From: an uncultured Candidatus Rokubacteria bacterium
GTDB taxonomy: Bacteria > Methylomirabilota > Methylomirabilia > Rokubacteriales > CSP1-6
DNA: 64,000 nt
Assembly (NCBI GenBank): GCA_963754315.1
Contig: CAVWFS010000018.1
Coordinates: forward strand, 704,001-768,000
Direction of reading: 5' to 3'
Shown here: one piece after another, positions 52,822 to 61,905 of the stretch
How positions within the stretch are numbered: the stretch's first letter is position 1
Layout: each line of letters opens with the position of its first letter
Translations under genes and position numbers: made by a program
The notes under the pieces: model-generated
Told to the model about the DNA's origin: nothing
What the model saw: the letters and a program-made list of their open reading frames with translations, nothing else
The model's database searches: none

Positions 52822-53817
52822 GTGCTCACGCTCTTCCTCAGCGGTGGCACGGGATTCGTTGGGAGCCACGTCGCCAGGGAGTTCCTTGCCCGGGGCTGGC
52901 GTGTCCGGGCGCTGGTGCGGCGGCCAGAGCGCCCCGGGCTGTTGCCCGGCGGGGTGGAGACAGTGCGCGGAGACCTCATCGACACCACCGGCTATCGGCC
53001 TCACCTGACGGATTGTGCGGCCGTCGTCCATTGTGCGGGCGCCACCCGTGCCCGCAGCCTCACAGAGTTTCGGCGGGTGAACGTCGCTGGCACCGAGGCT
53101 CTCGCGACGGCCGCCAGCGAGGCATGCCCGGAGGCGATGTTCATCCACGTCTCGTCGCAGGCAGCCGCCGGACCGTCCCGGACTGGCGTGCCCGTGCGGG
53201 AAGGCGATGCTCCCGATCCGGTGTCCTGGTACGGGCGCTCGAAGCTGGAGAGCGAACTCGCGGTAGCGCGTCACTGCCATGGCCGGTGGTGCGTGGTGCG
53301 CCCTTCGATCGTCTACGGTGCGGGTGATCCCGGCTTGCTCCCCATGTTTGCGATGGTCGCGCGGGGGGTGGCTCCCATCCTGGCCGGCGGATGTCATCGT
53401 GTGCAGCTCCTGGCGGTGGAGGACCTCGCTCGAATGCTCTTCGCGGCCGCGCAACGGCCCGATCTGCACGGTCGCCGTGCCTTCGCGGCCGGAGATACAG
53501 TGACCATGGGCGAATTGATCCGAGAGGTGGCAGCCCTCCGGACACCCCGCGCCCGCACCGTCGCCGTTCCCGCCGCGGCTGTCCGCTTTCTGGGCCTGGT
53601 CGCCTGGCTGGGTGAGGGACTCACCCGCACGTCCTCGCCGTTCAATCGCGACAAAGTTAGGGAGATTCTCCAGACCGATTGGCTCTGCGAACCCGAGCCG
53701 TTCCTGCGTGATCTCCAGATTCAGCCAACCACTCGCTGGCAGGACGGAATCCGACGCGCGTGCCGCTGGTACGTCGACGCGCGGTGGCTGTCCCCGCAGG
53801 CCTTCGCCAGCGTATGA
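52822..53817 (+). CDS. Extended SDR/NAD-dependent epimerase family protein, candidate ceramide (3-keto) reductase
   Basis: GGTGFVG, HCAG, VSSQAAAGP, YGRSK, RPSIVYG; coupled to spt. Confidence 0.82.
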   Translation: MLTLFLSGGTGFVGSHVAREFLARGWRVRALVRRPERPGLLPGGVETVRGDLIDTTGYRPHLTDCAAVVHCAGATRARSLTEFRRVNVAGTEALATAASEACPEAMFIHVSSQAAAGPSRTGVPVREGDAPDPVSWYGRSKLESELAVARHCHGRWCVVRPSIVYGAGDPGLLPMFAMVARGVAPILAGGCHRVQLLAVEDLARMLFAAAQRPDLHGRRAFAAGDTVTMGELIREVAALRTPRARTVAVPAAAVRFLGLVAWLGEGLTRTSSPFNRDKVREILQTDWLCEPEPFLRDLQIQPTTRWQDGIRRACRWYVDARWLSPQAFASV

Positions 53818-55085
53818 CCTGGCCAGCCTCTTCCCCGCACGTCGGAGCTCACTCGATGCCAGACTCGGAAGTCGCGCCGCTTGCCGCCGCCCCTCGACCG
53901 CCCCTGTTCGACAAGTGCCAGATCGTCGCCGGACGCATGGAGGCCGCTCTCGCTGCCGACACCTACTGTTACTTCCGGACCATCGAGTCGGCCCAGGAGC
54001 CGGAGGTCGTGGTGGGCGGGCGCAGCCTGGTGATGCTGGGGTCCAACAACTACCTGGGGTTGACCAGCCATCCAAAGGTCAAGGAGGCGGCCATCGCCGC
54101 CGTGCACCGGTATGGGACTGGCTGCGCGGGCAGTCGCCTTCTGAACGGCACCCTGAACCTGCACGAGGTCCTCGAGGCGAAGCTGGCCCAGTTCATCGGC
54201 AAGCCGGCGGCCGTTACGTTCTCCACCGGGTTCCAGGTAAATCTGGGCGTAATCTCCTGCCTGCTTGACCGCGGGGATACCGTTTATTTGGACAAGCAGG
54301 ACCACGCCTGCATCATCGACGGAGCGCGCCTGTCGTTCGCCAAGACGCGGAAGTTCGCCCACAATGATCCGGCGGAGCTGCATCGTCTCATGATGGTCGA
54401 GCGGGGCACGCCGGGGCGTCTGGTGGTGGTGGATGGCGTCTTTTCGATGGAGGGAGACATCGCGCCCCTGCCCGAGATCGTGAAAATCGCGCGCGACTTC
54501 CAGGCGGCAATCATGGTCGACGACGCCCATAGTCTGGGTGTGCTCGGCCGCCGGGGCAGGGGGACCCCCGAGCACTTCGATCTCGAGGACGAGGTCCACC
54601 TGATCATGGGAACCTTCTCGAAATCGCTGGCCTCCATCGGCGGATTCATCGCCGGCGAGCGAGAGGTCGTCGACCACATCCGCCATACCGCGCGCAGCCT
54701 GATCTTCTCGGCTGCCCTCGCCCCCGCTGCCGCCGCGGCCGCCGGGGCGGCCCTCGAGATCCTCGAGAGCGAGCCAGAGCGCCGGCATCAGCTGTGGCGC
54801 AACACGCGGTTCCTGATGGACGGGTTCTCCAGTCTCGGATTCTCCACGGGGGACTCGCGCACGCCGGTCATTCCGATCATCGTTGGCGACGACGAGCGCG
54901 CCTTCGCGATGACACGGCGGCTCCACGAAGAGGGCGTGTTTGTCAATCCCGTGGTGTCGCCGGCCACTCCCCCGGGCCGGGCGCTCCTCCGCACGAGCTG
55001 CATGGCCACCCACACCGAGGCCCACCTGTCGCGGGCCCTCGAGGCCTGCGCCAGGGTCGGGCGGGAGTTCGGCGTCATTTCGTAG
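53814..55085 (+). CDS. spt: Serine palmitoyltransferase (alpha-oxoamine synthase family)
   Basis: YFRTIES, GSNNYLGL, GTGCAGSRLLNGT, STGFQVNLG, DHACIIDG, DDAH, GTFSKSLAS; flanked by reductase and bCerS-like genes; alternative start 53856. Confidence 0.82.
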   Translation: MTWPASSPHVGAHSMPDSEVAPLAAAPRPPLFDKCQIVAGRMEAALAADTYCYFRTIESAQEPEVVVGGRSLVMLGSNNYLGLTSHPKVKEAAIAAVHRYGTGCAGSRLLNGTLNLHEVLEAKLAQFIGKPAAVTFSTGFQVNLGVISCLLDRGDTVYLDKQDHACIIDGARLSFAKTRKFAHNDPAELHRLMMVERGTPGRLVVVDGVFSMEGDIAPLPEIVKIARDFQAAIMVDDAHSLGVLGRRGRGTPEHFDLEDEVHLIMGTFSKSLASIGGFIAGEREVVDHIRHTARSLIFSAALAPAAAAAAGAALEILESEPERRHQLWRNTRFLMDGFSSLGFSTGDSRTPVIPIIVGDDERAFAMTRRLHEEGVFVNPVVSPATPPGRALLRTSCMATHTEAHLSRALEACARVGREFGVIS

Positions 55086-55093
55086 AGGCTACC

Positions 55094-56229
55094 GTGGCCG
55101 CTGCCCCGCGTCTCGTGGAGCTGTCGCGCGATCGGGCGGGTCTCAGACGGTTTCTGCGGGTCCCCTACGGCGTCTATCGGAATGATCGCCACTGGGTAGC
55201 CCCGATGCTGAGCGACCGCCGCCAGGTGCTCGGGCCCGACAACCCCTTTTTCGCCCACGCCCGCTTGGCCCTGTGGGTGGTGAGCCGGGCCGGGCATGAC
55301 GTGGGCAGCATCGCGGGCATCGTGGACGAGCACCACAACGCGCGGCACCGTGAGGCCACCGCCTTCTTCGGGTTCTTCGAGTCGGTCAACGACCCGGCCG
55401 TGAGCGGGCTATTGTTCGGGGCGGTGCGGACCTGGGCGCGGGGCCTCGGGATGACGCATCTGCTCGGCCCCATGAACCCATCCATCAACGAGGAATGTGG
55501 GTTGCTCGTGGAGGGCTTCGACGCGCCGCCCGTCATTATGATGACGTACAACCCGCCCTACTACGCCGAACTATTCGCGCAGGCCGATCTCAAGCGGCGC
55601 AAGGATCTGCTGGCCTACCGCATCGTCCTCGATGACTCGCGGCTGGCCCGGCTCGAACGCCTGGCCGCGCGCGGGCTGGCTGCGGGCGGGAACCGTGACC
55701 GTCCGCCCGGTCGACCGGCGATCGCTGGCGACGCGACCTCGCCAAGATCCAGGAGGTATTCAACGCCGCCTGGGAGGACAACTGGGGCCACGTTCCCATG
55801 ACGGATCCCGAGATCGAGTTCATGGCGAAGCGGCTGATACCGGTCCTGGACGAGGAGATCGTCCTCTTGGCCGAGGACCAGGGTGAGGCGGTGGCCTTCA
55901 TCCTCTCTCTGCCCGACTTCAACGAGGCGCTCGGACGTTTGCGCGGGCGACTGCTGAGCCCGCGTCTTCCGCTCGTCCTGCCCTACCTGCTGGGGCTCAA
56001 GCGCCCACGCTTCGTGCGCGTGATGGCCATGGGCATCAAGCGAGAGTACCGTCAGCGTGGCATCGACGCGGTTCTCATCGGCAGGTGCTTGCGCGTGTTG
56101 CTGGACCGGGGGTTCGAGCTGTGCGAGATCTCCTGGATCCTCGAGGACAACCTGCTGATGCGCCGCATCGGCGAGATGTTCGGCGGCAGCCTCTACAAGA
56201 CCTACGCGCTCTACGACGGCCGGGTCTGA
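55094..56229 (+). CDS. GNAT-fold bacterial ceramide synthase-like protein (bCerS/YghO family); two +1 frameshifts near 55685 and 55730
   Basis: NPFFAHA, FFGFFES, GPMNPSINEECGLLVEGFD, MMTYNPPYY, then FNAAWEDNWGHVPMT, LPDFNE, YRQRGID, SWILEDN across three frames. Confidence 0.8.
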
Positions 56230-56253
56230 TGGCCCTCCCTCAGTCGTAGGCGA

Positions 56254-57339
56254 TCAACGACCCCAGACCAGGCCCGCCGTCTCCGCCACCCGGGTGAGCT
56301 TCATCCGCTGCACCTCTGGGGAGATGCGGTTGCCGGCCATGGTGGACGCGAAACCACACTGCGGGCTCAGAGCGAGGCGTTCCAGCGGAAGGTAGGTCGT
56401 CGCTTCGGTCAGGCGACGGCGGAGCTCGTCGACGGATTCGAGGCGCGGCTTCTTGGTGGTCACCAACCCCAGCACGGCCACTCGGTCGTCGGGTAGGCCC
56501 CGCAGGGGCTCGAAGCCCCCCGACCGCGCGTCGTCGTATTCGAGGAGGAAGCGCTGAAAGCGGCTCTTGCCGAAGACCCTTGTGATCGGCTCGTAGCCGC
56601 CGCTGGCGTAAAACATGGACTGATTGTTGCCGCGGCAGATGTGCAAGCCGAAGGTGACGGTGGGGTTGCCAGCGATCACGGCGTTGTCCATCTCGATGCA
56701 GGCGTCGATGAGCCGATCGGGATCGCTGCCCCGCTGGCGATATCCCTCGCGCAAGGTCGGGTCCAGGAGGGCGGCATACTGGGGCGCATCGATCTGGATA
56801 TAGGTGCAGCCCAGGCGGACCAGCTCGCCCACTTCGCGTCGGGTGAAATCGACGATGTCGGCCAGATAGGCGTCACGGCTCGGGTAAGCGCCTTTGGACT
56901 TTTCGGGGTCGTAGTAGGCCGCCGCTTGTTGGGTGCTCACGAGAGTCACCTTGGCGAGCCGCCGGGCGCGTGCCCGCAGATAGCTCCACTCCTCGGCGCA
57001 CATGCTGCGACGCCAGCGGAGCTTCTCGACCACGACCGGCCGCTTGAATACCAGTTCCTCACCCTGCTCGCTGCGGAAGGGGATGGCCCACCCCCCAAAC
57101 TTGTCGAAGCCGTCCAAGGCCTCGATGAGGTGCCCGAAGAAGGCATAGCGACGCATCTCGCCGTCGGTGACCACCTCCAGGCCCGCTGCCTCTTGGAGCG
57201 CGACCGCCTCGTCGACCGCGCGATCCTCGAGGCGTTTGAACTCGACCGGAGAGAGCCGACCATTTTCCAGCGCTTCCCGGGCTTCCATCAGATAGGCAGG
57301 CCGCAAGAGGCTTCCGACCACATCGCTCCGCATGGTCAC
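56254..57339 (-). CDS. Cobalamin-independent methionine synthase II-like (single-barrel MetE) protein
   Basis: VVGSLLRP, TDGEMRR, IQIDAP, Zn ligands HICRGN / LLEYD / SPQCGF. Confidence 0.9.
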   Translation of the reverse strand: MTMRSDVVGSLLRPAYLMEAREALENGRLSPVEFKRLEDRAVDEAVALQEAAGLEVVTDGEMRRYAFFGHLIEALDGFDKFGGWAIPFRSEQGEELVFKRPVVVEKLRWRRSMCAEEWSYLRARARRLAKVTLVSTQQAAAYYDPEKSKGAYPSRDAYLADIVDFTRREVGELVRLGCTYIQIDAPQYAALLDPTLREGYRQRGSDPDRLIDACIEMDNAVIAGNPTVTFGLHICRGNNQSMFYASGGYEPITRVFGKSRFQRFLLEYDDARSGGFEPLRGLPDDRVAVLGLVTTKKPRLESVDELRRRLTEATTYLPLERLALSPQCGFASTMAGNRISPEVQRMKLTRVAETAGLVWGR

Positions 57340-57349
57340 GGCCGTATCC

Positions 57350-59062
57350 TCACGCGGGCTTCTTGCAGATAACGTTGAGGAGCGCCTGGCGGCGTTCGTG
57401 GCGGACCGCTCCCAGCGCACGCTCGAGGGCGCCGGGCAGAGACGCCGGATCCTCCACCCGCTCGCCGTAACCGCCGTTCGCCTGACAGATCAGCTCGTAG
57501 TCGGGCGCGGGGTCCAGATCGCTGAGCGGCATCAGGCCCGTTCGTGCCGCCCACCCCTGAGGGGCGTACGACCGCACGGAGCGCTTGACGGCATTCCATG
57601 CGCGGTTGTTGAAGACCACGAAGAGCACGGGCAGATCGTACGCCCGCGCCACGAAGTGGGCGGCGGTGGGCGCGCCGAAGATATAGGCGCCGTCGCCCAC
57701 CGTGCAGATCACGGTCTGGTCGGGTGCGGCCAGCTTAACGCCGAGGGCCGCCCCCAGTCCCCAGCCGAGACCGCTCGAGGCCGGGGCCGCGAAGTATCGG
57801 CCAGGGTGACGGAAGCAGGTCTGTGATGCCTGCAGATCGTACTCGTTGACGACGATGGTGTCGTCTCCGATGACCTGGCCGATGGTGCGCGAGAGCCAGA
57901 GCATGTCGATGGGCGAGTCGTTCTGGACGCGGCGCGCTGCCTCCGCCTGCGCCGTGCGGCGCCGAGCGCTCTCCTCGGCCCATCGCGCTCGTCGTTCGGC
58001 CACGGCCTGCCCGTCGCGCAGGCGTACGCCCGCGTCGGCGAGGGCGCGCAGAGTAAGGCGCGGCAGGCCACCGAGGGCGATGTCGCATGGAAAGCTCCGG
58101 ATCGGATAGCGAGCATAGAGAGGGTCGACTCCGATGTGAATGAAGCGCGCATCGGACGAGGGGCGTTTGAGGTCAGGGAACCAGGGTGCGTCCGACTCGA
58201 GGACGACGATGACGTCTGCTGCCTCCAGGTCGGTGGCCGTGTCGAAGCCGGCGTGAAGGGGATGGTCCTGGGGGAAGTTCAGGTATGTGTGAAAGTTCTC
58301 CACCACCGGCGCCCCATACGCCTCGGCGAACTGCACCAGCGCGGGAACCGCTGCAAGGTCACGGCCGGCCGCTCTCGCGATCACGAGGGGGAACTTCGCA
58401 CCGGCAAGGAGGCGGGCCGCCTCCTCGATCGAAGCCGGGTCTGGCATCAGCGGTGACGGCTGGCCGGCCCGCGACGACTCCGAGTATTCGAACAACTCTT
58501 GCCGCTCAGCCAGTACCTCGCGGGGCAGCGCCAGGTAGACGGGGCCCTGTGGTTCCGTGCAGGCCACGGCCAGAGCCCGGTCGACCACGGTCTCGAGCTG
58601 GGCGAAGTTCCGCAGCTCGTAGTCCCACTTGACCCATTCGCGGAACATCGTCCCCTGATCGAAGGACTCCTGTGCCCAATGGATATGACGGTCGCGCGAT
58701 CCGGGTAGACCGCTCTCGGTAAGAGGGGTACGACCGGCCGTCATCAGGATGGGAACATTGGCTCGCGCGGCGTTGATGACACCGCCGAGCGCGTTGGCGC
58801 CGCCCACGATGACGTGCACCATGACAGCCTGCGGACGCCCCGTGATCATGGCGTACCCGTGGGCCATGGCCACCGCCGGCACCTCGTGCGGTACCGTGAG
58901 GGGCCGGGGCAGGGCATGGCCCTCGGCCAGACGCTTGGCGTACGCCTCGATGAGGGGAGCGAAGTCGGTTCCGGCGTTGGCAAAGAAATAGTCGACACCA
59001 CGCGTGGCCAGCAGCTCCAGATAGGCCTCGGCCACGCTCTCGATGCTGACTCGCTTAGTCAT
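57350..59062 (-). CDS. Thiamine pyrophosphate-requiring enzyme (acetolactate synthase/benzoylformate decarboxylase-like)
   Basis: NAGTDFAP, PHE, IHWAQE, GLGWGLG, GDGAY...VFNN TPP motif. Confidence 0.9.
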   Translation of the reverse strand: MTKRVSIESVAEAYLELLATRGVDYFFANAGTDFAPLIEAYAKRLAEGHALPRPLTVPHEVPAVAMAHGYAMITGRPQAVMVHVIVGGANALGGVINAARANVPILMTAGRTPLTESGLPGSRDRHIHWAQESFDQGTMFREWVKWDYELRNFAQLETVVDRALAVACTEPQGPVYLALPREVLAERQELFEYSESSRAGQPSPLMPDPASIEEAARLLAGAKFPLVIARAAGRDLAAVPALVQFAEAYGAPVVENFHTYLNFPQDHPLHAGFDTATDLEAADVIVVLESDAPWFPDLKRPSSDARFIHIGVDPLYARYPIRSFPCDIALGGLPRLTLRALADAGVRLRDGQAVAERRARWAEESARRRTAQAEAARRVQNDSPIDMLWLSRTIGQVIGDDTIVVNEYDLQASQTCFRHPGRYFAAPASSGLGWGLGAALGVKLAAPDQTVICTVGDGAYIFGAPTAAHFVARAYDLPVLFVVFNNRAWNAVKRSVRSYAPQGWAARTGLMPLSDLDPAPDYELICQANGGYGERVEDPASLPGALERALGAVRHERRQALLNVICKKPA

Positions 59063-59078
59063 CGGTCTCGTTCCTCCG

Positions 59079-60092
59079 TCATGGGAGCCGGAGCCTCAGC
59101 ATCCGGCGGGCGTTGCCCTCGTAAATCTTGGCTTTGTCCTCTTCGGAAGCCCGCATCCGTTCCATGGCGCCGATGGTATCGCGGATGAAGCCCGGCCCTC
59201 CCTCCGGATCGAAGGGAAAGTCGGTCCCGAAGAGGATGCGCTCGGCGCCGAAAAAAGCCAGTCCACACTCCATCGCGTGGTGCGCGCCAAAGAGGGCGGT
59301 GTCACCGTAGAACATCCGGAAGTACTCGATCGGTCGTCGACGGAGGCGCCCGAGGGCCGTAAGGTCATCGGGGTCGTCGCTGCGTCGCCCGAGCTGATCG
59401 AGCCCGCCGCCCACTCGTCCTTCGAAGTACGGGATCATCGCCCCCATGTGGTGCGTGATGATGGCGAGACCGGGGAATCGATCGAACAGGCCCGAAAAGA
59501 CCAGCCGGCCCATGGCCAGGGTAGTCTCGTAGGGCCATCCGAAGGCCCACCAGAGATCGTACTTGGAGCGCGTTTCACCGGCGTAGTCCGCCACCGTGGC
59601 CCCTCGGGCCGGGTGCAACCAGATTGGAAGCCCCCGCGCGGCCATCTCGCCGAAGAGCGGTTGGTAATCCGGCGCGTCGAGCGGTCGTCCGGCAACGTTG
59701 GTGAACATCTGGACACCGGTGGCCCCCAGGGTGTCGATGGCGCGCGCCAGCTCGCGCAGGGCCGCCTCAGGGTTGTTCATTGGCAGGGAGGCCACGAAGG
59801 CCGGGAAACGGTCGGGATGAGCAGCCACGATCTCGGCCATTCCGTCGTTGGCCATCCTGGCCAGGTCGGGACTGAGCGAAGGGGGGGCCACGATCTCGAT
59901 CGGAGGATTGGCGAGGGTCAGCACCTGGAGGTACCCCTGGTGACGATCCATCATGCGGAGCCGCTGCTCGAGGTCGACCAGCACGGGTATTCCCGACATG
60001 CGCTTTTGTAGCGCGAGCCCGGGCGGCGCCACCGCCAGCATCCGGTCGAAGTATTTCCGGGGCAGGATGTGCGGAAAGACGTCAATCTTCAT
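59079..60092 (-). CDS. Amidohydrolase-2 family protein (ACMSD/aromatic decarboxylase-like)
   Basis: MKIDVFPH, ARMAND, WLHP, GWPYET, THHMG, FGTDFPF. Confidence 0.88.
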   Translation of the reverse strand: MKIDVFPHILPRKYFDRMLAVAPPGLALQKRMSGIPVLVDLEQRLRMMDRHQGYLQVLTLANPPIEIVAPPSLSPDLARMANDGMAEIVAAHPDRFPAFVASLPMNNPEAALRELARAIDTLGATGVQMFTNVAGRPLDAPDYQPLFGEMAARGLPIWLHPARGATVADYAGETRSKYDLWWAFGWPYETTLAMGRLVFSGLFDRFPGLAIITHHMGAMIPYFEGRVGGGLDQLGRRSDDPDDLTALGRLRRRPIEYFRMFYGDTALFGAHHAMECGLAFFGAERILFGTDFPFDPEGGPGFIRDTIGAMERMRASEEDKAKIYEGNARRMLRLRLP

Positions 60093-60146
60093 GCGAAGCA
60101 GGTGTCCTTCCCGACGTTCGTGCGCTCTCGATCGAGAGGGCACGTT

Positions 60147-60176
60147 AGCCTAACGCCGAGAGGAGAGACGATTCAA
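60147..60176 (-). promoter_or_regulatory. Sigma70-type promoter TTGAAT-18 nt-TAGGCT for the amidohydrolase-TPP-MetE unit
   Basis: Read on the minus strand; -10 embedded in palindrome CGTTAG-C-CTAACG. Confidence 0.5.
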
Positions 60177-60233
60177 GGATCCCGTTCAATGTAGATTAGA
60201 AGGCAGTGCCGGGGCGCCGGCGGAGGAATCACC

Positions 60234-60980
60234 ATGTACGACGTGACGATGGGGCGTGTTCGCGGAGGATTCAATCAGTACGGCTTCACGGTGGGCATTC
60301 TCATGCTCGATACGCGCTTTCCACGAATCCCGGGCGACATGGGGCATGCGGGCACCTTTTCCTTCCCGGTTCGCTATCATCGCGTGGCGGGCGCCGCGCC
60401 CGACCTCGTCGTGCGCAAGGGGGCGGCCGCGCTGCTGCCGGGCTTCATCGAGGGTGCCCGCGCGCTCGAGCGAGAGGGGGTGGGTGCCATCACCACCAAC
60501 TGCGGCTTCCTCATCAAGTTCCAGCGCGAACTGAGCCAGGCGGTGGCGGTACCGGTCTTCACGTCGAGCCTGCTCCTGGTGCCCCTCGTGCACCAGATGC
60601 TCGCGCCCGGTCGTCGCGTGGGCATCATGACCGTTGATGCCTCCAGCTTGACCGCCGAGCATCTGGCAGCCGCCCACATCGGCCGGGAGATGCCCATCGC
60701 GGTGGCGGGCCTCGAGACGGAAAAGGAGTTCACCCGGGTCCTGCTTGACAACCAGCTGGAGCTGGACGTCGAGCGGGCACGCGCCGAGCATCGATCGGTG
60801 GCCCGTCATCTTCTGGCCACCCATCCCGATGTTGGAGCGATTGTCCTCGAATGCACGAACATGCCGCCCTATACGGCTGATATACAGCGAGAGACAGGGT
60901 TACCCGTCTTCGACATCGTTTCTCTTGTCACCATGGTGCACCGAGCCCTCGCCCTCAGCCTCGGCCCCCGTCCTGCTTGA
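60234..60980 (+). CDS. Aspartate/glutamate/hydantoin racemase family protein
   Basis: GILMLDTRFPRIPGD, TTNCGF, LECTNMPPY (two catalytic-type Cys); GGAGGA SD. Confidence 0.88.
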   Translation: MYDVTMGRVRGGFNQYGFTVGILMLDTRFPRIPGDMGHAGTFSFPVRYHRVAGAAPDLVVRKGAAALLPGFIEGARALEREGVGAITTNCGFLIKFQRELSQAVAVPVFTSSLLLVPLVHQMLAPGRRVGIMTVDASSLTAEHLAAAHIGREMPIAVAGLETEKEFTRVLLDNQLELDVERARAEHRSVARHLLATHPDVGAIVLECTNMPPYTADIQRETGLPVFDIVSLVTMVHRALALSLGPRPA

Positions 60981-61558
60981 GCATGGTGGGCCTCTCACGC
61001 GTGCTCGAAACCCCTCGACTCCAACTCCGCCCTTTCACCGCGGCCGACGCCGCAAACCATGCGCGCATCTACGCCAAACCCGAGGTCACCCGGTTTCTTG
61101 CCGGCGGACCGTTTCTTGGCGAGGCGGCGGCACAGCGTTCACGGGCTGCCCTTGACTTGTTCATCGCACACTGGGTGGAACATGACTTCGGGGTGTGGGC
61201 CGTGGTCGAGAAAAGGGCGCGCGTCCTCATCGGGCAGTGCGGCCTCAAGTACTTACCCGACCGCCCCGAGGTCGAGATTCTCTACGCGCTCGACAGCCCG
61301 TACTGGGGCCGAGGTCTGGCCAGCGAGGCGGGGGCGGCGGCCTTGCGCTACGGTTTCGAGGTCGCGCGTCTCGAGCGCATCGTGGCGGTCGCGCTGCCCG
61401 AGCACGCGGCATCGCAGCGAGTCATGAAGAAGCTCGGCATGACGTACGAAGGGCTTGTGGAGGTCTACGGCGGGATACGCGCCGTGCTCTACGCGGTTTC
61501 CCGTCAGGAATTCATGAGATGGGCGACCAACGCCTCGTCAGCCGGGGGAAACGCGTAG
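60977..61558 (+). CDS. RimJ/RimL-type GNAT N-acetyltransferase
   Basis: LETPRLQLRP, IGQCGL, YWGRGLASE, ASQRVMKKLGM. Confidence 0.88.
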   Translation: MSMVGLSRVLETPRLQLRPFTAADAANHARIYAKPEVTRFLAGGPFLGEAAAQRSRAALDLFIAHWVEHDFGVWAVVEKRARVLIGQCGLKYLPDRPEVEILYALDSPYWGRGLASEAGAAALRYGFEVARLERIVAVALPEHAASQRVMKKLGMTYEGLVEVYGGIRAVLYAVSRQEFMRWATNASSAGGNA

Positions 61559-61905
61559 TCGCCCAGGCGCTCAGGGGCGACCCACGCCAGTTCCTGGCCT
61601 TCACGGGGTGCGATCGTACCGATCTCGAGGCGACAGCGAAAGAAGTGCAGGACGACAGCTCTCTCGCCGTAGTCCCAGGGGACAGTCTCGATCTTCTCTT
61701 CCACAGCGAAGGTGGCGTCCAGCTCCTCGGTCAGCTCTCGACGCAGACACTCAACGGTGCTCTCCCCAGGCTCGCGCTTCCCTCCGGGAAACTCCCAGAG
61801 TCCTGCCAGGTGCGTTCCCGGACGACGGCGTACGATGAGATAGCGTCCGGACGAGTCACGGATGACAGCGGCCGCCACCTCCACGATCGGCCCTGGGTTA
61901 GCCAA
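61504..61905 (-). CDS. mutT: MutT/NudG-like (d)NTP pyrophosphohydrolase
   Basis: VEVAAAVI, LAGLWEFPGGKREPGE...LRRELTEE Nudix box, FPPAD. Confidence 0.85.
   Translation of the reverse strand: MANPGPIVEVAAAVIRDSSGRYLIVRRRPGTHLAGLWEFPGGKREPGESTVECLRRELTEELDATFAVEEKIETVPWDYGERAVVLHFFRCRLEIGTIAPREGQELAWVAPERLGDYAFPPADEALVAHLMNS

Noticed and set aside
53814..55085. Calling this gene bioF or kbl
   Set aside because: Motifs and flanking reductase/GNAT genes fit serine palmitoyltransferase better; no bio or tdh genes nearby
51404..56253. Sphingolipid locus as a mobile island
   Set aside because: No integrase, transposase, flanking direct repeats or obvious compositional shift seen by eye
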